Origin: Armatimonadota bacterium
Lineage (GTDB): Bacteria > Armatimonadota > HRBIN16
Direction of reading: 5' to 3'
DNA length: 64,000 nt
Assembly: GCA_963677485.1 (NCBI GenBank)
Contig: OY781964.1
Span: 4,416,001 to 4,480,000, forward strand
Shown here: in pieces, positions 50,919 through 59,914 of the stretch
Numbering within the stretch: position 1 is the first letter of the stretch
Layout: every line of letters starts with the position of its first letter
Notes under the pieces: model-generated
Databases searched by the model: none
What the model was told of the DNA's origin: nothing
Seen by the model: only the letters and a program-made list of their open reading frames with translations
Program-made: the position numbers and the translations under genes

Positions 50919-52162
50919 GTGAACAACCAGCGAAGCGACACGGCAAATCGGTACTGATTCTGGTAGAGAACCTTCCTGTACCGCACGACCGCCGGGTCTG
51001 GCTGGAAGCGACATCTCTGCAAAAAGCGGGTTTCCATGTCAGTGTTATCTCACCATGCCCACCGAAGGCCAAAAAGTGGGATGTCATCGACGATGTTCAT
51101 GTTTACCGATATGCACCTCCACCTACCACCAAGCGCCGGATTAGTTTTGTGTGGGAGTTTTTTTACTGTTGGATGGTCACTTTTGCTTTGAGCCTGGTGA
51201 TCTGGGCTCGCGAGGGTATCGATGCCGTCCACGGCTGTAATCCCCCTGACACCTTCTGGCTGATTGGCCGGTTCTATCAGCTTTTCGGCAAAAAGTATGT
51301 GTTTGACCACCATGATCTATGCCCGGAACTCTATGCGGTGAAGTTTCCAAAAAAACGCGGAAGAGCATATAAGGGCGTAGTGTGGCTTGAAAAAATGCAG
51401 TTCAAATCGGCCGACTGGGTGATTTCAACGAACGAATCATATCGTCAAGTAGCCATCGAGCGTGGCGGATTGCCCCCAGAGCGTGTCACAGTGGTGCGAA
51501 GTGGTCCTGACCTGAGTAACTTCCATCGGGTGACACCCACAGGTGAGTTCAAACGCAACTTCAAATACCTTGCAGTTTACCTGGGAGTGATCAACCCGCA
51601 AGACAACCTGGATTCGCTGCTGCGGTCAATACATCACATCGTGTTTGAGTTGAAGCGCACAGAAATCGGGTATGTCATCGTTGGTGGCGGGGACGCTCTG
51701 CAGGATCTGAAAAAACTATCGACGACGTTAGGCCTCGACGAATATGTGCAATTTACAGGATTTATCCGTGGCGAGCAGTTGCTGGTGGCTCTATCTGACG
51801 CCGACATCGCTGTGGTTCCTGACCCCAAGACACCGCTTGATGATAAATCGACGTTTAATAAGGTGATCGAGTATATGGCGTTGGGTATCCCGCAGATATG
51901 CTATGACCTAAAGGAATCACGCTTCTCAGCACAGGAGGCTGCGGTCTATATCACCCCTGGCGATGAGCAGGAGTTCGGACGCAAGCTGGTGGAGTTGCTT
52001 GATGACCCAACAAAAAGGCAAGAGATGGCGCAGTTCGGCATCAATCGGGTTAAGAACGCCCTTGCTTGGAATTTCAGCCGTGACATCCTGGTGGATGTAT
52101 ACGAAAATCTTCTTGATGTTCCGCAAACAGACCGTGTCACTCAGACGGAGGGCAACTGTTGA
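50915..52162 (+). CDS. Glycosyltransferase family 4
   Basis: ENLPVPHDRRVWLEA, CNPPD, FDHHDLCPE, NKVIEYMALG. Confidence 0.9.
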   Translation: MSEQPAKRHGKSVLILVENLPVPHDRRVWLEATSLQKAGFHVSVISPCPPKAKKWDVIDDVHVYRYAPPPTTKRRISFVWEFFYCWMVTFALSLVIWAREGIDAVHGCNPPDTFWLIGRFYQLFGKKYVFDHHDLCPELYAVKFPKKRGRAYKGVVWLEKMQFKSADWVISTNESYRQVAIERGGLPPERVTVVRSGPDLSNFHRVTPTGEFKRNFKYLAVYLGVINPQDNLDSLLRSIHHIVFELKRTEIGYVIVGGGDALQDLKKLSTTLGLDEYVQFTGFIRGEQLLVALSDADIAVVPDPKTPLDDKSTFNKVIEYMALGIPQICYDLKESRFSAQEAAVYITPGDEQEFGRKLVELLDDPTKRQEMAQFGINRVKNALAWNFSRDILVDVYENLLDVPQTDRVTQTEGNC

Positions 52163-52650
52163 AAGTCGGAATCATGTCAGACAGCCACGATAATGTGCCC
52201 AACATCCGGCTGGCGATTGAGCTGTTCCGCAATGAGGGTGTCGATCAGATCATCCATGCTGGCGATTTGGTGGCCCCTTTCGCCGTAAAAGCCATGGCAA
52301 ATGCGTCCGCTCCGATCTATGCTGTGTTTGGAAACAACGATGGTGAGAAGGCCGGAATTCGGGCCGCTTTTGAGGGTTTTGGTGTCATCGTGCCACAGGT
52401 GGGTATTATTGCCTGTGACGGCGTGAAGTTTGCTGTGATGCATGAACCGGTTAATTTGAGCCACGAACTGATCACACGCCACCTTGTACAAGTCGCGATA
52501 TATGGACATACTCACCAGAAGGATTTATACGAGAAAGACGGAGTTATCATCATCAACCCAGGTGAGGCCGGTGGATGGGTGTCAGGGCATTCCACGGTCG
52601 CCATCTTTGATACACGCAACAAGCAGACTCGTTTTGTTGAGCTTCAATAG
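52159..52650 (+). CDS. YfcE/MJ0936-type metallophosphoesterase
   Basis: SDSHDN, HAGD, GNND, GHTH, NPGE. Confidence 0.9.
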   Translation: MKVGIMSDSHDNVPNIRLAIELFRNEGVDQIIHAGDLVAPFAVKAMANASAPIYAVFGNNDGEKAGIRAAFEGFGVIVPQVGIIACDGVKFAVMHEPVNLSHELITRHLVQVAIYGHTHQKDLYEKDGVIIINPGEAGGWVSGHSTVAIFDTRNKQTRFVELQ

Positions 52651-52655
52651 GGGGT

Positions 52656-53237
52656 GTGACGATGCGTGCAGGTAAGGTGTTTGTGTTTTCAGGTCCCAGC
52701 GGTGTCGGCAAGGACACGCTGCTTGATCTGCTAGCTGAGCAAGTGGACGGGTTTGAAAAGTGCGTCACCGCCACAACCAGAGCCCCTCGATCCCAGGAAG
52801 TAAACCAAAAAGATTACCATTTTGTCTCAAGAGAGCAGTTTCTAGAGTGGGAATGTGCAGGATTAATGCTTGAAACTGCAACATATAATGACCAGTTGTA
52901 TGGAACCCCGTTATTCGCTGTCCGGCAGGTGACCGATCGCGGTCTGGATGTGATCTTGAAAATCGAAGTACAGGGTGCTCTTAAAGTGAAGAGCATCATC
53001 AGCGATGCCTTATTGGTCTTCATACAGCCGCCTTCGATTGAGAGCTTAAGGCAGCGGCTATCAGATCGCAATACCGAGAGCCTGGACGAAATAGAACGTA
53101 GAATTAGTATCGCAGCCATCGAGATGCAAGAGAGTGTCCATTACGATTATGTCGTGACGAACGATGAACTGTCGCGAGCGGTCGATGATCTGCGGTGTAT
53201 CATTGTTGCTGAACGACTAAGGCAGGTGCGCGCGTGA
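52656..53237 (+). CDS. gmk: Guanylate kinase
   Basis: SGPSGVGK, TTRAPR, DYHFV, YGTP, IEVQGA. Confidence 0.96.
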   Translation: MTMRAGKVFVFSGPSGVGKDTLLDLLAEQVDGFEKCVTATTRAPRSQEVNQKDYHFVSREQFLEWECAGLMLETATYNDQLYGTPLFAVRQVTDRGLDVILKIEVQGALKVKSIISDALLVFIQPPSIESLRQRLSDRNTESLDEIERRISIAAIEMQESVHYDYVVTNDELSRAVDDLRCIIVAERLRQVRA

Positions 53238-54448
53238 ACAGCGAAAAACTCCATGGCAAAAAGATTCTTCTAGGTGTGACGGGTAGCATTGCAGCCTATA
53301 AGGCCGCCGATTTAGCTTCGAAGCTAACTCAGGCTGGTGCTGAGGTTGATGTGGTGATGACCCAACACGCTGCCGAGTTTATCGGTGCGGCTACTTTCCG
53401 AGCCTTAACCCGTCATGGGGTGCTGACCGATCTGTTTGATGAGCCTGACAGCCGGCGAATCGCACACATCGAACTGGCGCAACAAGCGGATCTCATTCTA
53501 GTATGTCCCGCCACGGCCAACATCATAGCCAAGATGGCCACGGGTATTGCCGATGATTTGCTCAGTACGCTGCTGCTTGTGGCTAAGTGTCCGGTGTATG
53601 TGGCTCCTGCCATGAACACCAGCATGTGGGAACACCCTGCGGTACAAGCGAATGTCAGTATACTATCGCAGCGCGGAATTACGGTCATTCAACCCGATAG
53701 TGGTCGATTGGCGTGTGGTGATGTTGGAGCGGGCAAATTGCCCACCACAGATCAACTACTGGGCATCTGCGCAGAGAGCTTTGCCAGGCCGATGGTAGGC
53801 ATCAGGGTGCTGATCACTGCGGGCCCGACTGAGGAGCCGATCGATGCGGTACGCTGCTTAACCAATAGAAGCAGCGGCAAGATGGGTTATGCCGTGGCCG
53901 AAGTAGCTTGCCGTTTAGGGGCGGACGTCACATTAGTAACCGGACCAGTCAGCCAGCTGGTTCCTACGGGTGCTAAGACTGTCGCAGTTCGGACGACGCA
54001 GCAAATGTATGATGCGGTGGTGGCCGAAAGCAGCACCGCAGATATGGTGATCTCTGCAGCCGCTCCTTCTGATTACCGTGTGGAAAATCCGGTCGCGTCG
54101 AAGATCAAGAAGGACGGAAACCCGCTGAACCTGAAGCTGGTGGAAAACCCCGATATCATTGCCGCTGTAGGCAGTCAAAAGAGAGATGACCAGGTCGTGG
54201 TTGCCTTTGCTGCAGAGACGGAGTTACTCGTGGAGCGATGCCGTCAAAAGCTGATTGCCAAATCGGTGGACATGGTTGTGGGGAATGATGTGTCCAAACC
54301 GCAATCCACTTTCGGCAGTGACAGCAACGAGATATGGCTGGTCACAGCTGAGCAGGAAGAGCATCAACCGGTGATGAGTAAGCGGGAGTGCGCGCGAGTG
54401 ATTTTGGACAGGGCCATGGAGATACTGGAGCATAAGCGGATAGCTTAG
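53234..54448 (+). CDS. coaBC: Bifunctional PPC decarboxylase/synthetase CoaBC
   Basis: GVTGSIAAYK, PATAN, APAMN, LACGDVGAG, TAGPTEE, NRSSGKMG, FAAET. Confidence 0.97.
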   Translation: MNSEKLHGKKILLGVTGSIAAYKAADLASKLTQAGAEVDVVMTQHAAEFIGAATFRALTRHGVLTDLFDEPDSRRIAHIELAQQADLILVCPATANIIAKMATGIADDLLSTLLLVAKCPVYVAPAMNTSMWEHPAVQANVSILSQRGITVIQPDSGRLACGDVGAGKLPTTDQLLGICAESFARPMVGIRVLITAGPTEEPIDAVRCLTNRSSGKMGYAVAEVACRLGADVTLVTGPVSQLVPTGAKTVAVRTTQQMYDAVVAESSTADMVISAAAPSDYRVENPVASKIKKDGNPLNLKLVENPDIIAAVGSQKRDDQVVVAFAAETELLVERCRQKLIAKSVDMVVGNDVSKPQSTFGSDSNEIWLVTAEQEEHQPVMSKRECARVILDRAMEILEHKRIA

Positions 54449-54597
54449 TGCCCGTGAAGGAGCCTTCTCAACGGGGCCATATATTCCCAGTTCTGTCCGC
54501 CTGCCTCAAGGAACGCGTAAATCGCCGCGAGCACAAAGAAGACTATCACCAGGACGATGGCGGGTTTACTGAGTTTCGGTTCTTGCCCGTCATTCAT
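54445..54597 (-). CDS. Unannotated 50-aa single-TM protein
   Basis: Hand translation MNDGQEPKLSKPAIVLVIVFFVLAAIYAFLEAGGQNWEYMAPLRRLLHGH; start overlaps the deacetylase stop; fills the gap exactly. Confidence 0.65.
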   Translation of the reverse strand: MNDGQEPKLSKPAIVLVIVFFVLAAIYAFLEAGGQNWEYMAPLRRLLHGH

Positions 54598-55636
54598 ATT
54601 TCAACAACTCACCGACGGTTACCAGCCTCAGCCCCTTCTTTTTAAGGGCTGATATAAGTGTCGGCAGGGCGTCCGCGGTGGGCTGGCTGCCGCAGTGCAT
54701 CAGCACGACATCGCCTTGTCTCGCACGCGCCAACACCCGCGCTTCAATCTGCTCAGACGTGATGCCTTTCTTGACACTATCGAGGCAATCCACAGCCCAA
54801 TAGATGATCCGATACCCCTGGCTAGATACCAATCTGCGCACATCTTTGTTACGAGCACCAAACGGAGGGCGGAATAGCGCAGCGCCAGGAATGCCAAGCT
54901 TTGACTTAAAAATGCTCTGGGTTTGATTGATCTGATCCAGCATCTCATCGTCACTGAGAGCCGTGAAATCCGGGTGGCTCCAACTATGGTTGGCGATTTC
55001 GTGCCCAGCCGCCACTATACTTTTCGCTGCCTGAGGATTCTGCTTAACCCATTTGCCCGTGAAGAAGAAAGTCGCATGTGAGCCCGAATTTGCTAGGGCT
55101 TTCAAGATATCCTCGACAGGTTCGGCGGATGCTCCGGCATCAAACGTGAGCGCAATCATCCCTTTAGCATTGGGCACAGAGCTCACTTCACCGCTTGGTT
55201 GGGCTACGCGTGCGCTGGTTTGAGTGCTGGCGGGTTCATCTGGGCGAGAACTACGCGTAGCGGAGCCAGAATCTACAGGTGATAAGGGCTGCTTCGGGTC
55301 AAAGGTGCCGGGATCATGGTTAATGTCAGTCGCACTATTTGTCGGTTCACTGTGGGAAGGCTGCACATCAGGTTTAGGCTCATCGGGTTCCGATGCATCA
55401 TTACGGTGGTGATCCACCGGTTTTGCCGGGAGCACAACGGTGCCCGAACCACGATAGGTCTCGTCACCTTGCTGTTTTACCTTGCCATGACAGCCTACCC
55501 AAAGACCCGACCCTACGATCAATAGAATGACAAGAGGCAGCCATTCTATCGACGAGTTCTGTGGCTTGCCGGAGCCGGCACCAGACCGATTACGCGGCCT
55601 GGTGTTATTTGCTCTTGGCTGCTTTGAGCTCATCAC
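54590..55636 (-). CDS. Membrane-anchored polysaccharide (peptidoglycan) deacetylase, CE4
   Basis: N-terminal TM, Pro/Ser-rich linker, ALTFDAG, NHSWSHP, FRPPFG, VVLMH. Confidence 0.9.
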   Translation of the reverse strand: MMSSKQPRANNTRPRNRSGAGSGKPQNSSIEWLPLVILLIVGSGLWVGCHGKVKQQGDETYRGSGTVVLPAKPVDHHRNDASEPDEPKPDVQPSHSEPTNSATDINHDPGTFDPKQPLSPVDSGSATRSSRPDEPASTQTSARVAQPSGEVSSVPNAKGMIALTFDAGASAEPVEDILKALANSGSHATFFFTGKWVKQNPQAAKSIVAAGHEIANHSWSHPDFTALSDDEMLDQINQTQSIFKSKLGIPGAALFRPPFGARNKDVRRLVSSQGYRIIYWAVDCLDSVKKGITSEQIEARVLARARQGDVVLMHCGSQPTADALPTLISALKKKGLRLVTVGELLKYE

Positions 55637-56837
55637 GTAGTACCAATATCGCCTTCTTCAACTGAGCATCATGATCTCTGTCGTTGTAGTCTTCCCACTC
55701 ATCCGATTGTTTTACGACGATGTCAGGCTCGATGCCACCACGGACAAGCGATTTGCCCTCTCTGCTGATCTTGCGGTTAATGTCGTTACCATTAGGCGTT
55801 AGATATCTGGCTGTGGTGATGGCGACTGCCGAGTTGTTGTCTAATGGATAGATGCTTTGAACCAGCCCTTTACCGAAGGTTCGCTCACCTATCAATTTGG
55901 CACGCCCATAGTCTTTAATGGCGCCTGCACAGATTTCACTGGCACTGGCGCTCATGTCATTCACTAATACCACCATGGGGTAGGGGGCGATGGCCCGATT
56001 CGGAGTGACTTTGAGAACTTGCTTTTGTCCGCCCCGTTCTTCGATGATCACCACGTTGCCTTTGGTCAGAAATCGGCTGGTGATATCCTGAGCCACATTG
56101 AGAAGTCCACCAGGGTTGCCTCGAAGGTCCAGGATCAGTGCTTTCATTCCCTTGTTTTCGAGCTCTTGAATCTTCCGCATCATATACTCGTCGCTCTTAT
56201 CATTGAACTGCATGAGCGTGACGCGCCCGATACCATTGACTGTATCTTCCATATAGCCCTTGGCTACAGGGCTGACGATCAGGTCACGGATAATCGGCAG
56301 CACAATGATCTTATTGTTCTCTTTCGGCCGTCGTATAGTTAAAGTGACTTTTGTGTTGCGTGGGCCGCGGATTCTCTTCACGGCTGCGTCAATGCCCTGG
56401 TTGTGGGTCAGATAGTTATCAACCTTAAGAATGATGTCCTTGGATTTCAATCCAGACTTCAAGGCGGGTGAGTTCTCTATCACGTCGTAGATCACGACAT
56501 TCCCGTCTGTCTCTTGAAGTTGAGCACCAATGCCGAAGAAATCACCACGGGTATCTTCCTGCATTGCCTTGAACTCCTCGGGAGACATGAAGCGGGTGAA
56601 CTGATCATTCAACGCATACAGCATGCCGCGGATGGCGGCATAAGTCAGCTTGTTTGAATCCGATGTGCCGGAATAGTTGTTCTGTATGATGCCCAGAGCT
56701 TTTAGGAATGAAGCGGTGGGCTGTAGCTTGTGAACAGTGACCGGTGTTTTAGCTGTATCGCCTGGCAGCGCATGGATGATGTCACTTGATACGAAGCCGG
56801 CGATGACTATACTGATGGCAAGAAGTAGCTTTTTCAT
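55605..56837 (-). CDS. ctpA: Carboxyl-terminal processing protease S41A (intact)
   Basis: PDZ (GIGAQL), DLRGNPGG, SASASE (Ser), TFGKGLVQ (Lys, Gln), TTARYLTP. Confidence 0.95.
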   Translation of the reverse strand: MKKLLLAISIVIAGFVSSDIIHALPGDTAKTPVTVHKLQPTASFLKALGIIQNNYSGTSDSNKLTYAAIRGMLYALNDQFTRFMSPEEFKAMQEDTRGDFFGIGAQLQETDGNVVIYDVIENSPALKSGLKSKDIILKVDNYLTHNQGIDAAVKRIRGPRNTKVTLTIRRPKENNKIIVLPIIRDLIVSPVAKGYMEDTVNGIGRVTLMQFNDKSDEYMMRKIQELENKGMKALILDLRGNPGGLLNVAQDITSRFLTKGNVVIIEERGGQKQVLKVTPNRAIAPYPMVVLVNDMSASASEICAGAIKDYGRAKLIGERTFGKGLVQSIYPLDNNSAVAITTARYLTPNGNDINRKISREGKSLVRGGIEPDIVVKQSDEWEDYNDRDHDAQLKKAILVLRDELKAAKSK

Positions 56838-58171
56838 TTGGTCACACTCTTTACGGCAGGCTTCATGGCGAGTTTGACTGGCATGTCACCCTGATTTTGT
56901 TCACCGGCGAGCAGTCTGTCAGGACTGATCCCTTTCCCCGCAAAGTCAGTTTTGTTTGGGAGGAGAAGCTTTCGGGTGACCAGTTTGATAGCGGAGCCGT
57001 CATCAAATGGGTAAAGGTCAGAGACTAGAGGCTGCCCAAAGGTGGGCTCGCCTATTAGGGTTGCCTTTTTACTCTGTTTGAGTCCTGCGGCCAGAAGCTC
57101 TGCGGTACCGGAAGTCCCATTACCGATCAACAGCGTGATCTTCTGATCAATTCCACGTCCTTCAGACGAATTGATCATGGTCATTGGTTTGTTGGCCATT
57201 TTGCTATATCCCAGCAAGCCGCGTCCTGCGAGCAGACTGTAGACACGTTGAGCGGACATAATGTCGAAACCCGTGGTGTTACGCATATCTATGATGAGAC
57301 GCTTAAAGTGAGCTTGATGAAGCATATCCGACAAAACAGAGGCGGTATCAAGCCGAAGGACCTGCAACTTCACCAACACCGTATCCTGCGCATTCGTAAT
57401 CAAAGTCGCAGAGGGTGTCGTCACTGTTTCGCATGTGATCTTTACATTCATCTGCTTGCTTCCGCGCCTGATAGCGAGCGTCTTATATGGACAGTTGTTG
57501 CTGCTCAGTAGTTTCAGGACACTTGACACGGGAATCCCGTCATCTAGTTTCTTTTTCGCTTTATCAAAGGCGTCGAGACGTGTTTTGAGGGTGCCACTAG
57601 ATGGAACTGCATCCATGGGGTTGTGGGAGATGATCCATTTACCATCAACTTCCACGATCACATCCTTGGATCGTATGCCCGCTTTGAATGCCGCTCCGCC
57701 TTCGATGGGAGTCACCACTTGGATCTCAGCATATCCAGTTTTGCCAATTTTATAGGCTTTCACCGTCGTTTCAGCCCCAATGCCATGATATGTGCCTGCC
57801 AAGTGGTTGCGGTATTCTGTGGTTTCATCAACTGTTAGGTACTGGTTCATCGGGTCGTTCAACGATCCGACCATACCTCGGATCGATTCCTCTGCCATCT
57901 CCTGGTCATTCTTCACTTCATCGACATACTGACCCTTGACTAGCTGATAGACGTCATTATAAAGCTGCATATGGTCGATGTTATCGGAAACTTTATATGT
58001 GGAGGGCATCTCAGTCGATGCGAGCTTCATTTGGCTTTGTGTGTTACGTACAATGGCGATTCGGGCAGCTAGAGGGGAGTTGTCATAGACACTACGCATG
58101 TAAATGCCGAGTCCGAATAGGGCTACGATCAAGATGATGCGTACTGAGAGATGGGCTTTGGATACCTGCAA
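56834..58171 (-). CDS. S41/CtpA-like protein with a degenerate active site (pseudoprotease)
   Basis: PDZ (GIGAE) and S41 fold motifs, but DMRNTTGF, TSGTAE and TFGQPLVS replace the catalytic motifs; TTG start with AGGAGG SD. Confidence 0.85.
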   Translation of the reverse strand: MQVSKAHLSVRIILIVALFGLGIYMRSVYDNSPLAARIAIVRNTQSQMKLASTEMPSTYKVSDNIDHMQLYNDVYQLVKGQYVDEVKNDQEMAEESIRGMVGSLNDPMNQYLTVDETTEYRNHLAGTYHGIGAETTVKAYKIGKTGYAEIQVVTPIEGGAAFKAGIRSKDVIVEVDGKWIISHNPMDAVPSSGTLKTRLDAFDKAKKKLDDGIPVSSVLKLLSSNNCPYKTLAIRRGSKQMNVKITCETVTTPSATLITNAQDTVLVKLQVLRLDTASVLSDMLHQAHFKRLIIDMRNTTGFDIMSAQRVYSLLAGRGLLGYSKMANKPMTMINSSEGRGIDQKITLLIGNGTSGTAELLAAGLKQSKKATLIGEPTFGQPLVSDLYPFDDGSAIKLVTRKLLLPNKTDFAGKGISPDRLLAGEQNQGDMPVKLAMKPAVKSVTK

Positions 58172-58276
58172 AAGGAGCCTCCTACGAAGCGGACGACCGC
58201 TGTAAACACCGTAAAAAGTATACCCGAGAAGGCGGGTTGACTGTTACGAAGGGGGGATGAGACTTTGGCTTGAAAA

Positions 58277-58371
58277 TGGCGGAGAGTCCGGGATTCGAAC
58301 CCGGGGTAAGAGTTTAACGCTCCTACAACCGCTTAGCAGGCGGCCGCTATCGACCTCTCAGCCAACTCTCC
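58277..58371 (-). tRNA. tRNA-Ser(GCT)
   Basis: GGAGAGT acceptor stem, anticodon arm GCCGC-CTGCTAA-GCGGT, long variable arm, GGTTCGAATCC, 3' GCCA; TATAAT 9 nt upstream. Confidence 0.96.
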
Positions 58372-58476
58372 ACGAAAATTATTATACCGGAGCATGTCAG
58401 AAGGTGCAAGGGCGAGATCAAGATAACTGGAGCATTCTTTGGATGGGCACCATTGAATGCTCCGTTTGACACTATC

Positions 58477-58620
58477 TTATTCAGTTTTGCCGATCTTGAA
58501 AATCTTGGTACCGCATACGGAACAGGTACCAACAGTTGCCGGGCGGCCGTTCTTAAGTGTGGTCGCGGTGGCATCTTTGATCTCTCGTTTGGCCTTGCAT
58601 TTCACGCAGTAGCCTTCCAT
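58477..58620 (-). CDS. 47-aa zinc-ribbon protein (DUF5679-like)
   Basis: Hand translation MEGYCVKCKAKREIKDATATTLKNGRPATVGTCSVCGTKIFKIGKTE; AGGAGG SD. Confidence 0.85.
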   Translation of the reverse strand: MEGYCVKCKAKREIKDATATTLKNGRPATVGTCSVCGTKIFKIGKTE

Positions 58621-58726
58621 GTAGGTGGAACCTCCTTAGAATGTTGAATAGGATAAGATACCATTAAAGCAGTATGTTCTCCTGCAGAACGAATTCAGTG
58701 TAACGCAATTTCTCCAAATAATCAGC

Positions 58727-59914
58727 ATGGATTGGGCATTGAATCAAAAAATAACCCTAAAATTGCTCGCAGATGTAACTCTACATACCAAATATGAGAA
58801 AAATCTGTATCTGGTAGGCGGTTCAGTGCGAGACTGCCTGCTTGATCGAACGGTTGATTGCGACTATGATATTGTAACCGAACTCGATGCTGTGGAGTTA
58901 GCGGAAATGCTCCATCAGTCGGGTTACCTCGATGACGCACCTGTTATTTTCGCAAGATTTGGTACTGTCAAGCTTTCGATAGCAGGGGATACGGTAGAAC
59001 TGGTCACGGCCCGCCGAGAGTCCTACCAAGATTCAACCCGAAAGCCTGAGGTTGAGAGAGCTTCTTTGCGTGATGATGTGTTTCGAAGAGATTTCACCAT
59101 CAACTGCTTGTTATATAACCTGCACACTCAGGAAGTTTTAGACCTTACTGGCTTTGGAATACGTGATCTGCATCTTGGAGTATTACGGACGCCTTTACCT
59201 CCCCATCAAACTTTTCATGACGACCCACTGCGAATCATGCGTGCCGCTCGGTTTTTAGCACAATTGGGTTTCGAACCGGTGGAACCACTGGAACAAGCCG
59301 CAAGTGAAATGGCGTCCAGGCTTGAAATAGTCAGTGGTGAGCGCATTCGTGAAGAGCTTCGCAGGACCATCGATGCCCGCTATGCGGCGGATGGCCTATA
59401 CGCATTGAAGGGGTGGGGCATCTGGCCCGTGCTGATGGGGACTGATACTGCGATTGAGGATGAGGATTGGATCACTTCGATTCCGAGGCGACATAGATGG
59501 CCATACGCCCTCTATCCGATATGCGGCGAGTTGGCGAATGTCGATCGGCTGATCAAACGCCTTCGGTTCAGCCGTCATGAGGCATCGGCATTGCGTGCAT
59601 TCTGGCGAGTGGTGCAAAATGCAGAACACCTCGATACCCTGGTCTCATGCCATACCCACCTACCATCGATCATCGAAGTCTCAACGGCGGCCGGTATATT
59701 GTCAGAAAGGCAATTGGAGCTTCTGCGTGCGATAGCCAATCGTAAGCCTGTGAGTCCCATAGACGGCCGAGAGATCGCTAAGTTGAGGCCTGACCTGCCT
59801 GTGACTGATATCGGGCGTATAAAGGCCCATCTGGTAAAGCTGGTCGTCACCGATCAGGTGGATCCAAACGACCAGGATGCTGTGCAGCAAGAGGTGCTCC
59901 GATGGAGCCCATGA
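58727..59914 (+). CDS. cca: tRNA nucleotidyltransferase (CCA-adding)/poly(A) polymerase family
   Basis: VGGSVRD, DYDI, TARRESY, RRDFTIN, DDPLRIMRAARF, SGERIREEL. Confidence 0.88.
   Translation: MDWALNQKITLKLLADVTLHTKYEKNLYLVGGSVRDCLLDRTVDCDYDIVTELDAVELAEMLHQSGYLDDAPVIFARFGTVKLSIAGDTVELVTARRESYQDSTRKPEVERASLRDDVFRRDFTINCLLYNLHTQEVLDLTGFGIRDLHLGVLRTPLPPHQTFHDDPLRIMRAARFLAQLGFEPVEPLEQAASEMASRLEIVSGERIREELRRTIDARYAADGLYALKGWGIWPVLMGTDTAIEDEDWITSIPRRHRWPYALYPICGELANVDRLIKRLRFSRHEASALRAFWRVVQNAEHLDTLVSCHTHLPSIIEVSTAAGILSERQLELLRAIANRKPVSPIDGREIAKLRPDLPVTDIGRIKAHLVKLVVTDQVDPNDQDAVQQEVLRWSP

Noticed and set aside
52159-52650. Metallophosphoesterase as the missing LpxH/LpxG
   Set aside because: Short YfcE-type protein with GNND and no cap domain or TM anchor; not linked to the lpx cluster
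58727-59914. Possible split CC-adding or A-adding enzyme
   Set aside because: The flexible loop (TARRESY..RKPEV) is present; specificity cannot be determined from sequence by eye
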